Source of the DNA: Limisphaerales bacterium
GTDB lineage: Bacteria > Verrucomicrobiota > Verrucomicrobiia > Limisphaerales > BOG-1460
NCBI GenBank assembly: GCA_003159675.1
Contig: PLQC01000076.1
Span: forward strand, 14,899 to 78,898
DNA length: 64,000 bases
Direction of reading: 5' to 3'
Shown here: piece by piece, positions 1 through 9,505 of the stretch
How the letters are laid out: each line of letters begins with the position of its first letter
Numbering within the stretch: position 1 is the first letter of the stretch
Program-made: the position numbers and the translations under genes
Notes under the pieces: model-generated
The model's input: the letters and a program-made list of their open reading frames with translations, nothing else
Told to the model about the DNA's origin: nothing
Databases searched by the model: none

Positions 1-34
1 TTTGCCGCCGCCCCTTCGACGCTTCCGTCCAGGG

Positions 35-2167
35 TCAGAAACGATACTGCATGCTGGAATACAGGAGTTGCGCCTCGTAGTTGTTTTGCCCGCCTGACAG
101 TTCATCCTGGTAGCGGTAGTAGCCGTACTTCAGGCTCAGGCGCAGGTGCTTGTTGATCCGCCGCACCAGCGACGCGGTGACTCCCTGTTCTTCCGTTCCG
201 GCGCCGTAAGGCACCCCTACGCCCGCGTTATTGCTGTAATCGTCCGCGCGGTAGTAAAAATAGTCGAGATTCAGGTCCGTCTTGTCGTCCAGCACCAGCC
301 CCGAGGAAAAACTCAGCGTCCAATAGTTGTTCTGGGCGGCGAGAACGGCCTGCGTGTAATCCGAGGCGGGGGTTTTCGTCGTGCTCAGCACATAGTTGAA
401 CGTGGCTTGCAGGTTCAATCGGGACCAGGGAATCCAACTGACGCTTTGAGCGAAAATGTGGCTCCTCATTTCCGAGGATTCCACCTCGTCCAATCCCGAC
501 ACCGGGTCCGGCGCCGTATGAATGGTGGACCACTGGTACTCGTAGCGGCTGATCAGGGTCACGTTCTGCCAGGGCCTGAGTGTCAGCCCCACATTTGCGT
601 CGTAGGTCTCGAAATCCTGCATCACCAGGTACCCCGGATACCGGTTCGCACTGTTGTTCGGAGTGCTGTCCAGGTTGTTGTCGTAATGGTAGTCGTTGAT
701 CTTGTAGTAGCCGCCAGCGTCCACGCTGACGCGCCGGAGGGGATACCACCTGGCATCGACGCTGTATTTCTGGAAGAAACGCGCGTCGTCGGTCTGATTC
801 TGAACGCCGGGTGTTCCAATCCCATTCACAGGACCCAACCCGCCGGCGTCATTCAAATTCCCGTCGCCTTCCGTCCAGTCTCCGCGGGCGTCGAAAACCC
901 AGTTCGTCACCCCGGTATAGCGCATATCCAGGCGTTCGCGCACGTCCAGGACTTCCCCGCTGCCGGAGGCGTCAAAAGGAATTGCCGGGTCCGCTGCGAG
1001 GGTCTCCTCCCCGTTGACACTTGAATCGAGATCCTCCTTCTGCACACGCAAGGAGGGGACGATGGAAAACTGCGGCGATGGTTTCCACAGGAGGTTCAGG
1101 TCCATCACGTAGTCCCGCAGCCGCGATCCTCCGCTCAAGCCGAGGTAGCCGAACCCGTTTTGAGCGGCCGGCACATAACCGACATCGAAGTCGGAACCAT
1201 AAATTCGGCTGCCGGAGAAACCGCTGTCCAGGTCCGAAAACGAGTAACCGGTGGAAAGCAGCAGGTTCTTCCTGATCCAGGTTTCCGTCGAGGCGTTCGC
1301 GCTCAGGAGATCGTACGTCGTGCCTTCGCGGTCCGTGATCTTTTCCTGGACGGGTTCGCCGGGGTATTGACTGATCTCGAGGGCGTCGTCCAGCTTCCCC
1401 GTTTCATAACGCAAACCCAGGCTGATGTCGGTGGACTTGATGCGGTGGGTCACGTCCAGTTGAAAGGCATCGCTGTGCTCGTCGATGTCAAGGATGGACG
1501 GGCTGAGGCCCTGGGCCAAAGAGCTGCCCGGCGGATTCACGTATCCCCAGCTCGTGGAACCCTCTTGTCCGTTCCGGAAATCGTGGGTGTATTTGAACGT
1601 GATGTTCGGCACGTTCTCCAGCCTCAGCCCGGCTTCGAAGGAGACCGACCCTCGATCCAGCGCCAGGGCGCTTTCCGACAGCGGATACCAGGCGCCCGAC
1701 GGCGGGTAAAAGCCTCCGTCGCCATTATACCAGGTTCGAAACTGGTCATATGTGACCTTGAGAAATCCGACCTTCTCGCGCGTGACTCCCAGGCTCAGCT
1801 TGTAATCGTGTTCATCGATCAGCGCATGGCCGTCCGCGGTAATCGTGGTGGTCTTGTCGAGATCGTGCTGGTAATGGAAATCGCTGATGCCGCCGAAGGG
1901 CCCGGGGACACTCTGGTGCGTCTGCTGGAACTGGGCTTTGCTGCCGCTCGTGATGAACCCGCCAGTCGAAAGCTCGATCCAATTGTTGTAGGAAGCGCCT
2001 CCCCCCTCGAACAGCTCCTGCTGGCTCAAGGGCGCGACAACGGTCGTTTCCGGCGCATTGGTTTCGGCCGCCGAAAGGGTGGATACCGCCGTGCCCAGGG
2101 CGAGCAACGCCGTTCCCTGCCACAGGATGCGTTCGTTTTGGAATGGCCTTCTGGGTTTCATCGGCAT
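35..2167 (-). CDS. Outer-membrane beta-barrel protein, MtrB/PioB-like porin partner of the adjacent multiheme cytochromes
   Basis: 710-aa ORF with ATG start. Signal peptide (LLALGTAVSTLSAAE). Y/G/D/N/T-rich alternating composition typical of large barrels. C-terminus ...YSSMQYRF ends in an aromatic residue as in OMPs. Starts 12 nt downstream of the octaheme gene on the same strand. Confidence 0.6.
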   Translation of the reverse strand: MPMKPRRPFQNERILWQGTALLALGTAVSTLSAAETNAPETTVVAPLSQQELFEGGGASYNNWIELSTGGFITSGSKAQFQQTHQSVPGPFGGISDFHYQHDLDKTTTITADGHALIDEHDYKLSLGVTREKVGFLKVTYDQFRTWYNGDGGFYPPSGAWYPLSESALALDRGSVSFEAGLRLENVPNITFKYTHDFRNGQEGSTSWGYVNPPGSSLAQGLSPSILDIDEHSDAFQLDVTHRIKSTDISLGLRYETGKLDDALEISQYPGEPVQEKITDREGTTYDLLSANASTETWIRKNLLLSTGYSFSDLDSGFSGSRIYGSDFDVGYVPAAQNGFGYLGLSGGSRLRDYVMDLNLLWKPSPQFSIVPSLRVQKEDLDSSVNGEETLAADPAIPFDASGSGEVLDVRERLDMRYTGVTNWVFDARGDWTEGDGNLNDAGGLGPVNGIGTPGVQNQTDDARFFQKYSVDARWYPLRRVSVDAGGYYKINDYHYDNNLDSTPNNSANRYPGYLVMQDFETYDANVGLTLRPWQNVTLISRYEYQWSTIHTAPDPVSGLDEVESSEMRSHIFAQSVSWIPWSRLNLQATFNYVLSTTKTPASDYTQAVLAAQNNYWTLSFSSGLVLDDKTDLNLDYFYYRADDYSNNAGVGVPYGAGTEEQGVTASLVRRINKHLRLSLKYGYYRYQDELSGGQNNYEAQLLYSSMQYRF

Positions 2168-2179
2168 TCTGGTCGCTGG

Positions 2180-3043
2180 TTAAAACCGCAGGGAGGGACT
2201 CACCCGGGACCCGTGAACCGCCTCATGACAGCCGGCCGTCCAGCATGTGCCTTCGCGCAGGCGCAGGGTGTGGTCGGATCCACCAATCAGAATGCCGCCG
2301 CCCGGCACCTGCTGTTGAAAATGGCATTTGAAGCAAAGGTTTGCGTCCCGGACCGTCAGGAGCTTGGCGTTGACGGATCCATGGGGGACATGGCAGACGG
2401 TGCACCCTTCGCGCAGCGCCTCGTGCTCGAACACGTAAGGGCCGCGTTGGGCCGAATGGCAGCGGATGCAACTGTCGTTTTCCGAAAGCAACGAAGTGCC
2501 GCCCCCCGCCAGGATGGATCCCTTGTGCGGCGAATGGCACTCGGTGCATTTCAACCTTCCCTCGGGAACCGGGTGATGGCTTGGCAGATTGAACTGCCCG
2601 CGAACATCCGCGTGACATTGGTAGCAGACGGTTTCCACCGCCCGACCCGGCTCGATCGCGAGACGGGCGCCATAACTGGACGAGGCCGGCCGACCGGAGC
2701 TGAAACTGTAAGGGGGCTTGACCTCGCCGCCCGAATCAGAGTGCAGGCTGCAGGGACCGTGACAGGACTCGCAGCCGGCATTGAGGGCGTTCGGCCCCTC
2801 GGCCATCAGCCGCGCGTGGTCGGCGGTCTGGAAATCCCGGTAGATATCTTCGTGGCATTGCTCGCACTCCTTGGAACCGATGTATTTTGCTCCCGGCACG
2901 TCGGGAAGCTGCACCACGGAACGGTTCACCGTGCGACAGGAAATCACCGCCAGAAGCAGGACTCCGGCGGCGGCGATGAGCGCAAGCCCCCGGCACCGGC
3001 GCGCCGTCGCCGTTGGTCTGCCGAGAAAATCGCGGTAGTTCAT
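2180..3043 (-). CDS. Periplasmic octaheme c-type cytochrome (MtrA/DmsE/OmaB-like)
   Basis: 287 aa with an N-terminal hydrophobic signal. Seven CXXCH motifs (CEQCH, CESCH, CYQCH, CTECH, CIRCH, CTVCH, CFKCH) plus a terminal CWTAGCH (CX4CH). Heme density is about one per 35 aa, as in MtrA-type wires. Confidence 0.8.
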   Translation of the reverse strand: MNYRDFLGRPTATARRCRGLALIAAAGVLLLAVISCRTVNRSVVQLPDVPGAKYIGSKECEQCHEDIYRDFQTADHARLMAEGPNALNAGCESCHGPCSLHSDSGGEVKPPYSFSSGRPASSSYGARLAIEPGRAVETVCYQCHADVRGQFNLPSHHPVPEGRLKCTECHSPHKGSILAGGGTSLLSENDSCIRCHSAQRGPYVFEHEALREGCTVCHVPHGSVNAKLLTVRDANLCFKCHFQQQVPGGGILIGGSDHTLRLREGTCWTAGCHEAVHGSRVSPSLRF

Positions 3044-3062
3044 GAGGCCTCAGGATGTCGTG

Positions 3063-4661
3063 TCACTGGTTCAACTGCTCCTGAATCCAGTTCTCAGCCG
3101 TGTCGAGGAGCGTGGTCGCATAGAGGATGTTGTGGATGCCGTAACTGCCGTCGTAGAGCACCACATACAGGTCGTAGCGGGCCATGCGGATGTTTTCAGG
3201 GATCAGGGCCTGTTCGGCAGCCGTCGGCCCCGGGCCGCCCGGCGACAGATCGCCCGGCGTCGTGTATTCCCAGGCTCGCGTTCCATATTCCGTCCACAAC
3301 GAGTCCGGGGCCTGGGCCATAGCCCATAGATCCAGGTCCTCCTTCACCTGTTGAATCTGGTTTGAGATGCCGGTTTTCGTAAACTCCGCCAGCAATTCCG
3401 GCTCGAATGGATGGCATTGAAGGCACGTGTCGTAGAGCTCGATCCGGAAGCTGTGACCCGTGATAGCCGGCTGGCCGCCTGCGGCATCCTCCGTCTGCAT
3501 GTGGCATTGCACACATTGATTGGTCACCAGCAGCGCGTGCGACCCAGGCTGGTTCGGAGGCGCGCCTGTGTCAAGGACACCCACCGTGCCGAGCAACATA
3601 TTGTACTGTGGTGAGTGGTGCGGAGGCGCGATGGAATTCGTCCAGGAAGCCGCCAGATCGTTGTGACATTGGGCGCAGAGGTTGATGTTGGTTTTGTATT
3701 GTTTGGTAAAGTTTCCAGAGGCGGTGATGGAATAATTGGCGGTTGACGCGATCGGATTGCGGAGCTGCGCGGGGTTGGGAGTCACCTGATGCGGGTCGTG
3801 GCACGTGACACACACCACGCTGACGTTGAAATCCCCCACAGGCAATGGGTTGCCCTCCAACAGGCTCAATCGCACGGACCCCGAATGGCACCGGCCGCAA
3901 TTGTTGAGGTTGGTGGTGGAAGAACTCATGCTGCTCAGCGCCCCTGCCACCACTTCCGCATGCCCGCTCGTCAACCATTCCTCATACGTGGGATGTCGCG
4001 AACCGGTATGGCACCCGCCGCACACGGTTGCAGCCAGTTCAACGCGTGGCACGGCGATCGGATCATCCGGGTTGGCCGCGTGCTTCGCCGCCGGACCATG
4101 GCAGTTCTCGCATTGAACTCCCGCAAGCCGCGGAGTCTTGGACAGGCTGACAAATCCCGTCGGCAACCCGTAACCCACCGTGTGACAGGCCAGGCAGTAA
4201 CGGTTGGTCTGGCCCCCCTCCGCCACAAATTGGGCGTTGGTAAAAGCCGCGGCATGGCCCGTCTTCAGTTCGGTGGCGTGAATCGCCGGATGACACTCGG
4301 CGCAGGCCTGGGATCCGACGTACTTCGGCGACGGCCCCGAAACCCGGAAGAAGGCGTTGCTGTAAAGAGCGGTGATCGTCGCGTTCCTCACCAGATTGGT
4401 GGCTTTGCCCACCGCAACCCACTTCAAGCTTCCTAAAGTCGCTTCCTCAAAAACCTGGTAGTACCCCGAGGGACCGTCCCAAGTCACCTTCACTCCGTTC
4501 GTGACTCGCGTGATCCCCGTCATCACCGGCATCCCCGGCATGCCGCCCGGCTGCGGGACACTCAAGTGCTGAACGGTTTGCGACCGCACCGCCGGGCCTG
4601 TCAGGAGAAAAATTGCGCCGGCCACGACCGCACACTCCGCAAACTGGATTCGTGCGCCCAT
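3063..4661 (-). CDS. Secreted 9-heme c-type cytochrome, first gene of the porin-cytochrome operon (MtrC position)
   Basis: 532 aa with a signal peptide. Nine CXXCH motifs (CAECH, CLACH, CENCH, CGGCH, CGRCH, CVTCH, CAQCH, CVQCH, CLQCH). N-terminal small beta-sandwich module ending FFRV. Paralogous to 6061-8331 (shared CHTVGYG and CENCHGP contexts). Confidence 0.8.
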   Translation of the reverse strand: MGARIQFAECAVVAGAIFLLTGPAVRSQTVQHLSVPQPGGMPGMPVMTGITRVTNGVKVTWDGPSGYYQVFEEATLGSLKWVAVGKATNLVRNATITALYSNAFFRVSGPSPKYVGSQACAECHPAIHATELKTGHAAAFTNAQFVAEGGQTNRYCLACHTVGYGLPTGFVSLSKTPRLAGVQCENCHGPAAKHAANPDDPIAVPRVELAATVCGGCHTGSRHPTYEEWLTSGHAEVVAGALSSMSSSTTNLNNCGRCHSGSVRLSLLEGNPLPVGDFNVSVVCVTCHDPHQVTPNPAQLRNPIASTANYSITASGNFTKQYKTNINLCAQCHNDLAASWTNSIAPPHHSPQYNMLLGTVGVLDTGAPPNQPGSHALLVTNQCVQCHMQTEDAAGGQPAITGHSFRIELYDTCLQCHPFEPELLAEFTKTGISNQIQQVKEDLDLWAMAQAPDSLWTEYGTRAWEYTTPGDLSPGGPGPTAAEQALIPENIRMARYDLYVVLYDGSYGIHNILYATTLLDTAENWIQEQLNQ

Positions 4662-5057
4662 ATGATCAAACGAAAACTACACGGCCCCCAAACGCGAGCT
4701 ATACGGATATTGTCGGATATTCACCTCCTATTGCTTTGGAATGAGCAAGAGAGACTCGCCGCTCACGGTGCGGGCTGGGGCGGCCGGAGTTCCGTCCCCT
4801 CCCGGATTTCTAGTCTCAGCGGCAGCATCAGGGCGTGTGAGCCCTCTGTGGCAGCGGATGCTTTTGATTGCGCAACCGTCCCGCCTCCCGGCGGCGCGGG
4901 AGTGGGCTTTCTGACAAAGGGAGCAACTTTTACTGGCTCGGATCACCATAATTTGGCAGGCTGCCATTCAACAGTGGATAAGCTCAGCGGGATGGAGCAC
5001 CGACCTCAGCATGAGGTGTTGGATCCGGGTTTGAAGGTTGCACGTCACGCACATGTT

Positions 5058-5969
5058 ATGAAAACAACGGCGAATGATTTCCCAATCGAACCGCAAACGC
5101 GAGAACTCGCGGGGGCGAGGATCAACCTGCTGGTCCTGGCGCTGGCGTTGACGCTCGCCGGCGGCGGCGCGTGGTATTACCGCAGCCTCAGACAGCAGCC
5201 CGTGGCGAAGGAGTTGCCACCCGCGGACCCCATCGTGTTGTCCGAGAGCACGCGGGCCGTGCTGCAACGTCTGGTTTTTCCCGTTGACATCCGTTTCTAC
5301 TCAATCCTGGACCCGGCCGGCGTTCCTGCTTCTCTTGTCTCATACGCCGGGCGTGTGGACCAACTGCTGTCCGGGTTCCAGCGCCAGGGCAACGGCATGA
5401 TCAACGTGATCCGTTACAATGTCGTCTCCGATTCCGCCGCTGAAAGCGCTTCGTCGGACGGCATCAAACCCTTCAACCTTGAGAAGGGCAACGCCTGTTA
5501 CCTGGGTCTGGCCGTGGCTTGCAATGACAAGCGCGAATCCCTGTCCGACCTCGGTCCGGAGTGGGAGCAGGCCCTTGAGTTCGACCTGAGCCGCGCCATC
5601 GAACGTGTGTCTCGTCCGAACCCGCAGCCGAAACCCAGCGCGGAGGCGTCCAACATCGCCACCGCCGCGACGCAGGAAGTGATGGGGGCGATTCCCAATC
5701 TGGCGGCCGTGTCCGTCGAGGAAGGGACGCAGATTCTCCGCGACGCCGCGATGAAGCAATTCAAGGCGGCGGTCGATGAAAGGGGAGTTCAGGTCAAGGC
5801 AGCCGAACAGCAAATCATCCGAGCGCGGCAGAGCGGGTCGGAAACGGACCAGGAAGCCGCCATGAAACGCCTCCAGCAGGTGCAGTCCGACCAGGCGGAG
5901 AAGCTCAAACAAATCGCCGCCAGTCTCGAAGCGCAGCTCGCCGCGTTGGAGCAGCTCAAAGCGAAATGA
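5058..5969 (+). CDS. Hypothetical membrane-anchored protein with C-terminal coiled coil (N-terminal part faintly GldG/ABC-auxiliary-like)
   Basis: ATG at 5058 (MKTTANDF...) followed by one TM helix (INLLVLALALTLAGGGAWYY). C-terminal heptad-like Q/A/E/K-rich segment. The ORF-track extension upstream (4566-5057) has no coding character. Confidence 0.55.
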   Translation: MKTTANDFPIEPQTRELAGARINLLVLALALTLAGGGAWYYRSLRQQPVAKELPPADPIVLSESTRAVLQRLVFPVDIRFYSILDPAGVPASLVSYAGRVDQLLSGFQRQGNGMINVIRYNVVSDSAAESASSDGIKPFNLEKGNACYLGLAVACNDKRESLSDLGPEWEQALEFDLSRAIERVSRPNPQPKPSAEASNIATAATQEVMGAIPNLAAVSVEEGTQILRDAAMKQFKAAVDERGVQVKAAEQQIIRARQSGSETDQEAAMKRLQQVQSDQAEKLKQIAASLEAQLAALEQLKAK

Positions 5970-5990
5970 GCCGGCTGGCTAGCTGATGAC

Positions 5991-6022
5991 AAAAAACCCC
6001 TCCCCACCGAAGCGGGGAGGGG
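5991..6022 (-). terminator. Rho-independent terminator downstream of the 756-aa cytochrome gene
   Basis: Perfect 9-bp GC stem (plus strand CCCCTCCCC 5997-6005 / GGGGAGGGG 6014-6022) with an 8-nt loop. On the minus strand it is followed by TTTTTT (5991-5996). It lies 39 nt after the stop at 6061. Confidence 0.75.
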
Positions 6023-6060
6023 TGAAGAGATCGGCCTTGGTCGATCCAGGATATTCCCGG

Positions 6061-8331
6061 CTATGGTGTATGGGCCACGCGGTAGAACTGCTGAACGTTG
6101 TTCCGAGTCGGGGTCAGGTAGCTCACCGCGTTTCCCGTGCCGGCGATCGGGCCGCCCACGTTTTGCCAGCCGCCGCCCAGCGACGAGATGGACTGGATCT
6201 GATAGCTGACCCCCACCTTTGTGTTGAAGGTCACTTCCGCGGCGGTGTAGATCTGAACCGTGTTGGTGGCCGAATTGATAAGGGCTTTGCCATCCGCCCA
6301 CACAACTCCATTCGGGAGCACAACGCCGGCCGCCGTGGGAACGAGGCCCATGGAGTACTTCAGCCAGTTCGGCACACCGTCGCCGGCGGGATCGGCATTC
6401 GGCGCCGCATTGACGTTGGTGATCGACCCAAAATAATAGATCTGCCACCAATCCGGGATGCCGTCGTTGTTGGCGTCGCCCGTGAGATCGTTGATGGACG
6501 CCTTGAGCAGGCCGACAGCGAACGGAACATTGTGAATGCCCTTGCTGCCGTCATTGTTGACGAACTGCCAGTTGTAAGCGGCCTTCAGGTAGGCCGGCGC
6601 CCAGTTGGTGGTGACGGAGGGGCTCTTCACCAGGCCATCCACCACCCCGTTCGTGTTCGGCAGCAGCGTAGTGAGGTGGTCGAGCAGATGCTGAATCTCG
6701 GTCTGGACGCCCTCGACAATCCCGTTGCCATCGTAATCCTCCACCGGGAAGTTGAAGGAGGTTATCGGGCCATGGCACTGCACGCACACATCGACCTTGT
6801 CAACGATGTTGGTCACGCCGTTGGCGACAACACTGTAACTCATCTCGAAGGTGTGGCCGCCCGCCTTGAGGAATGCCGGGTCCGTTGACGCCACCGTTTG
6901 CATGTGGCAGTCCACGCAAGTGTTGGTCAGCACATATTGGTGCGCGGTACTCGGAATGGCCTGTCCGTAGGTGATGGCGTTGACCCCTTCGATCATGTCG
7001 CCCTGCGGATTGTCGTGCGGGCCGAAGCTGGATCCACCGGCCCAGGTGGCCGCCCCGATGGCATAATTGACAACGTTGTTGGTCGCCGCACCGTCGCGGC
7101 TGTGATGGCATTCCATGCAGAAACCGCCGGCGCCGGCGTTCGTGACCGCGGTGCCGTCCGGCAGAGTATAATTCAGTGCGGTGCGTAATTCGTACGGGTT
7201 GGACGCGTCGTGCGGATTGTGACAGGCCTGGCACGTAATCGCCTCGTAAGCCGTGTTTGTGGTCGTGCTGCCGGCCAGGTAGCCAATGAAGCCGGGGGCG
7301 GTGTGACAGCGGACGCAATTGTTGCGGGTGGGGCCGGTGGGGATGCTCGTGGTGATGGCATGCATGGAATTATTCCATTCGGCGTTTTTGATGTGATTGG
7401 GCGTGTCATCGTGGCATTGGCCGCAATCGCCTGCGCCGTAACTGATCCCGATTCTCGGCCAGTTGAAAAGGTTGGTATTGCCGAAGGAATAGGCGTGTTC
7501 GCTGCCCGGCCCGTGACAGTTTTCGCATTGGATATTGGCAAGATCCTGCAGAGCAGTAGGCATGGCCGCCCAATTACCGTTGGTCAACACTGTCGGAAAA
7601 GTCCATCCCAGTTGCGTGGCAATGTCGTCAAAGCCGCCATTGACCGCCAACGCGTTGGTATCGTAGCCGACCGTGTGGCAGGAAATGCAACTCTTGTTGT
7701 AATGACTGCTCTCGAGGCCGTCGATGGCCAGGGTGAAGAATGTCGCGTGCGGCGTGTTGGTCCAGGTCGAATAAATATTCTCCGCAGACGCGCTTCCGCT
7801 GTGGCAAAACTCGCAGACCTGAATGCCCATGTACGTGCTGCCCGAGATGTTCTGTGTAATGTTGGTGGTCCCGATGCCGGCGACCGTAATCGTCGCGGCC
7901 ACGGTGTATTCGCCGGCGATGTCCGGGCGCAGGAGGATGCGCGAGGCGACCTTCAACGTCAGGCGATCGGCCATTTTGTACGTCGGAACATTGATGCCGA
8001 GCGGACTCGTCCCCAGCACGGCCACTGATCCGATCGGTTTGTTGGTCAGCACCCAGGTCACGGTCACCGTGCTGGAGGCCGGGATGGCGATATTCACCAG
8101 GGCTTCCAGGTAGGCCGGCTGGCCGACACCTACGGCGGACAAGCCGCCTGAAGTCTCGTAGACTCCAGTTAGCCCGTAGGTGGCGATTTCTGATGTCGTC
8201 AGAGGGCGAAGGGCGATCTGGCCCGTCAAGGCCGTCGCCGCCTTCACTGTTGTAGTAGCGGTTCCAAAGGCCATCAGCACCACCGCCGCGAGACAAACCG
8301 CCGTCTTTGTGATGGAAGGATTCATCTTCAT
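6061..8331 (-). CDS. Secreted 9-heme c-type cytochrome with C-terminal Ca-binding-like DxDGxPDWW repeats and an FYRV-terminated module
   Basis: 756 aa with a signal peptide (AAVVLMAFGTATTTVKA). Nine CXXCH motifs (CEFCH, CISCH, CENCH, CGQCH, CVRCH, CQACH, CMECH, CVDCH, CVQCH). Also carries DANNDGIPDWWQ and GDGVPNWLKY motifs and ends ...QQFYRVAHTP. Confidence 0.85.
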   Translation of the reverse strand: MKMNPSITKTAVCLAAVVLMAFGTATTTVKAATALTGQIALRPLTTSEIATYGLTGVYETSGGLSAVGVGQPAYLEALVNIAIPASSTVTVTWVLTNKPIGSVAVLGTSPLGINVPTYKMADRLTLKVASRILLRPDIAGEYTVAATITVAGIGTTNITQNISGSTYMGIQVCEFCHSGSASAENIYSTWTNTPHATFFTLAIDGLESSHYNKSCISCHTVGYDTNALAVNGGFDDIATQLGWTFPTVLTNGNWAAMPTALQDLANIQCENCHGPGSEHAYSFGNTNLFNWPRIGISYGAGDCGQCHDDTPNHIKNAEWNNSMHAITTSIPTGPTRNNCVRCHTAPGFIGYLAGSTTTNTAYEAITCQACHNPHDASNPYELRTALNYTLPDGTAVTNAGAGGFCMECHHSRDGAATNNVVNYAIGAATWAGGSSFGPHDNPQGDMIEGVNAITYGQAIPSTAHQYVLTNTCVDCHMQTVASTDPAFLKAGGHTFEMSYSVVANGVTNIVDKVDVCVQCHGPITSFNFPVEDYDGNGIVEGVQTEIQHLLDHLTTLLPNTNGVVDGLVKSPSVTTNWAPAYLKAAYNWQFVNNDGSKGIHNVPFAVGLLKASINDLTGDANNDGIPDWWQIYYFGSITNVNAAPNADPAGDGVPNWLKYSMGLVPTAAGVVLPNGVVWADGKALINSATNTVQIYTAAEVTFNTKVGVSYQIQSISSLGGGWQNVGGPIAGTGNAVSYLTPTRNNVQQFYRVAHTP

Positions 8332-8410
8332 ATTTGCACTGCTGTTTAGAGGTTGACTGTCACACTTTCTTCATTAAGACCCTGGCCGCACACCGACGAT
8401 CATCTGTTGT

Positions 8411-9505
8411 TCAAAAGCTGGGGTTGCCGCAAACCGCGGGTTGAAACAGGGTGAAACCGGGCTGGCGCGAATCCCGGGGTTTCCCGGCCTCGACCGGCCG
8501 CTCCGCAAAGCGCGCCAGGACCTCGCGCGCGTGCTTCGCGATGATGCTCCCGCACCGCGCCAGCTCCTGCTCGCGGTGCCGCACGTTCTCGCGCACGATC
8601 ACTTCCAGATCATCCACGTCGTAGAGATAAACATTGGGAAGCTGCTGCACGTCCGCCGCAATGTCGCGCGGCACAGCGATGTCCACGAGGAACAGGGGAC
8701 GGTTGCGCCGGGCCGGCATGATCGACGCAATGTCGTCGCGATGCAAAATGGTGTGCGGACATCCGGTGGAACTCACCACGATGTCGGCCTCGACCATCGC
8801 CGCCAGACACTCGTCGAACCGGATCGCCCGGCCGCCAAACTCCGACGCCAGGGCTTCCGCGCGGTCGTAGGAGCGGTTGGAGACAAGCACCGAATGCGCG
8901 CCTTTCTTGCTCAGATGGCGCACGCATGCCTCGCCCATCTTGCCGGCGCCGATGATCATCACCGTCTTCTCCGACAGGTCCCTGTCAAAAATCCGTTCCG
9001 CGAGCTCGACCGCGACGCTGCCCACCGACGTGGCGCCGCGCCCGATCCCGGTCTTGGTGCGAATCTCCTTGGCGGTCTGGAGCGCGGTTTGGAAAACGCG
9101 GTTCAGGACGCGCCCGGTCAGCTTCGCCGCCTGAGCGGCCTGATAGGCATGCTTCACCTGACCCGTGATCTCCGTCTCGCCGATCACCATCGAGTCCAGT
9201 CCGCTCGCCACCGAAAAAAGATGCTCCACGGCCTCGGGACCCTCCTTCACATAAAGGTAGGGAGAAACATCGAAGCTGTCCCCCGACAGGTGCCGGAAGA
9301 TTCCGTGAACGTTTCCGTTCACCTTCGAAGCCACCCCATAAACCTCGACCCGATTGCACGTGGACACCAGGACCACCTCGGAAAGTTCGCCGCCCACCTT
9401 CAACCGGCACCCGTGACATTGCAGTTGCGAGGCATGCACCGCCAGTTTTTCCCGGCACTCGACCGGGGCTGTCTTGAAACTTAATCCGGCGACAAAAATT
9501 TTCAT
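8411..9505 (-). CDS. hemA: Glutamyl-tRNA reductase
   Basis: ATG at 9505 (MKIFVAGLSFKTAPVECREK). Catalytic STCNRVEVY motif. NADPH Rossmann motif VMIIGAGKMGE. Length of 364 aa is typical of the family. Confidence 0.9.
   Translation of the reverse strand: MKIFVAGLSFKTAPVECREKLAVHASQLQCHGCRLKVGGELSEVVLVSTCNRVEVYGVASKVNGNVHGIFRHLSGDSFDVSPYLYVKEGPEAVEHLFSVASGLDSMVIGETEITGQVKHAYQAAQAAKLTGRVLNRVFQTALQTAKEIRTKTGIGRGATSVGSVAVELAERIFDRDLSEKTVMIIGAGKMGEACVRHLSKKGAHSVLVSNRSYDRAEALASEFGGRAIRFDECLAAMVEADIVVSSTGCPHTILHRDDIASIMPARRNRPLFLVDIAVPRDIAADVQQLPNVYLYDVDDLEVIVRENVRHREQELARCGSIIAKHAREVLARFAERPVEAGKPRDSRQPGFTLFQPAVCGNPSF

Noticed and set aside
1160-3322. 720-aa plus-strand ORF spanning the barrel and octaheme genes
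   Set aside because: It is antisense to two genes with strong motif support. Its R/G/A/P-rich, low-complexity translation is typical of shadow ORFs in GC-rich DNA, and it has no recognisable motifs.
4566-5057. Upstream part of the 467-aa plus-strand ORF
   Set aside because: It overlaps the start of the minus-strand cytochrome gene and the divergent promoter region, and its translation lacks protein-like character. The ATG at 5058 precedes a clear basic-then-TM N-terminus.
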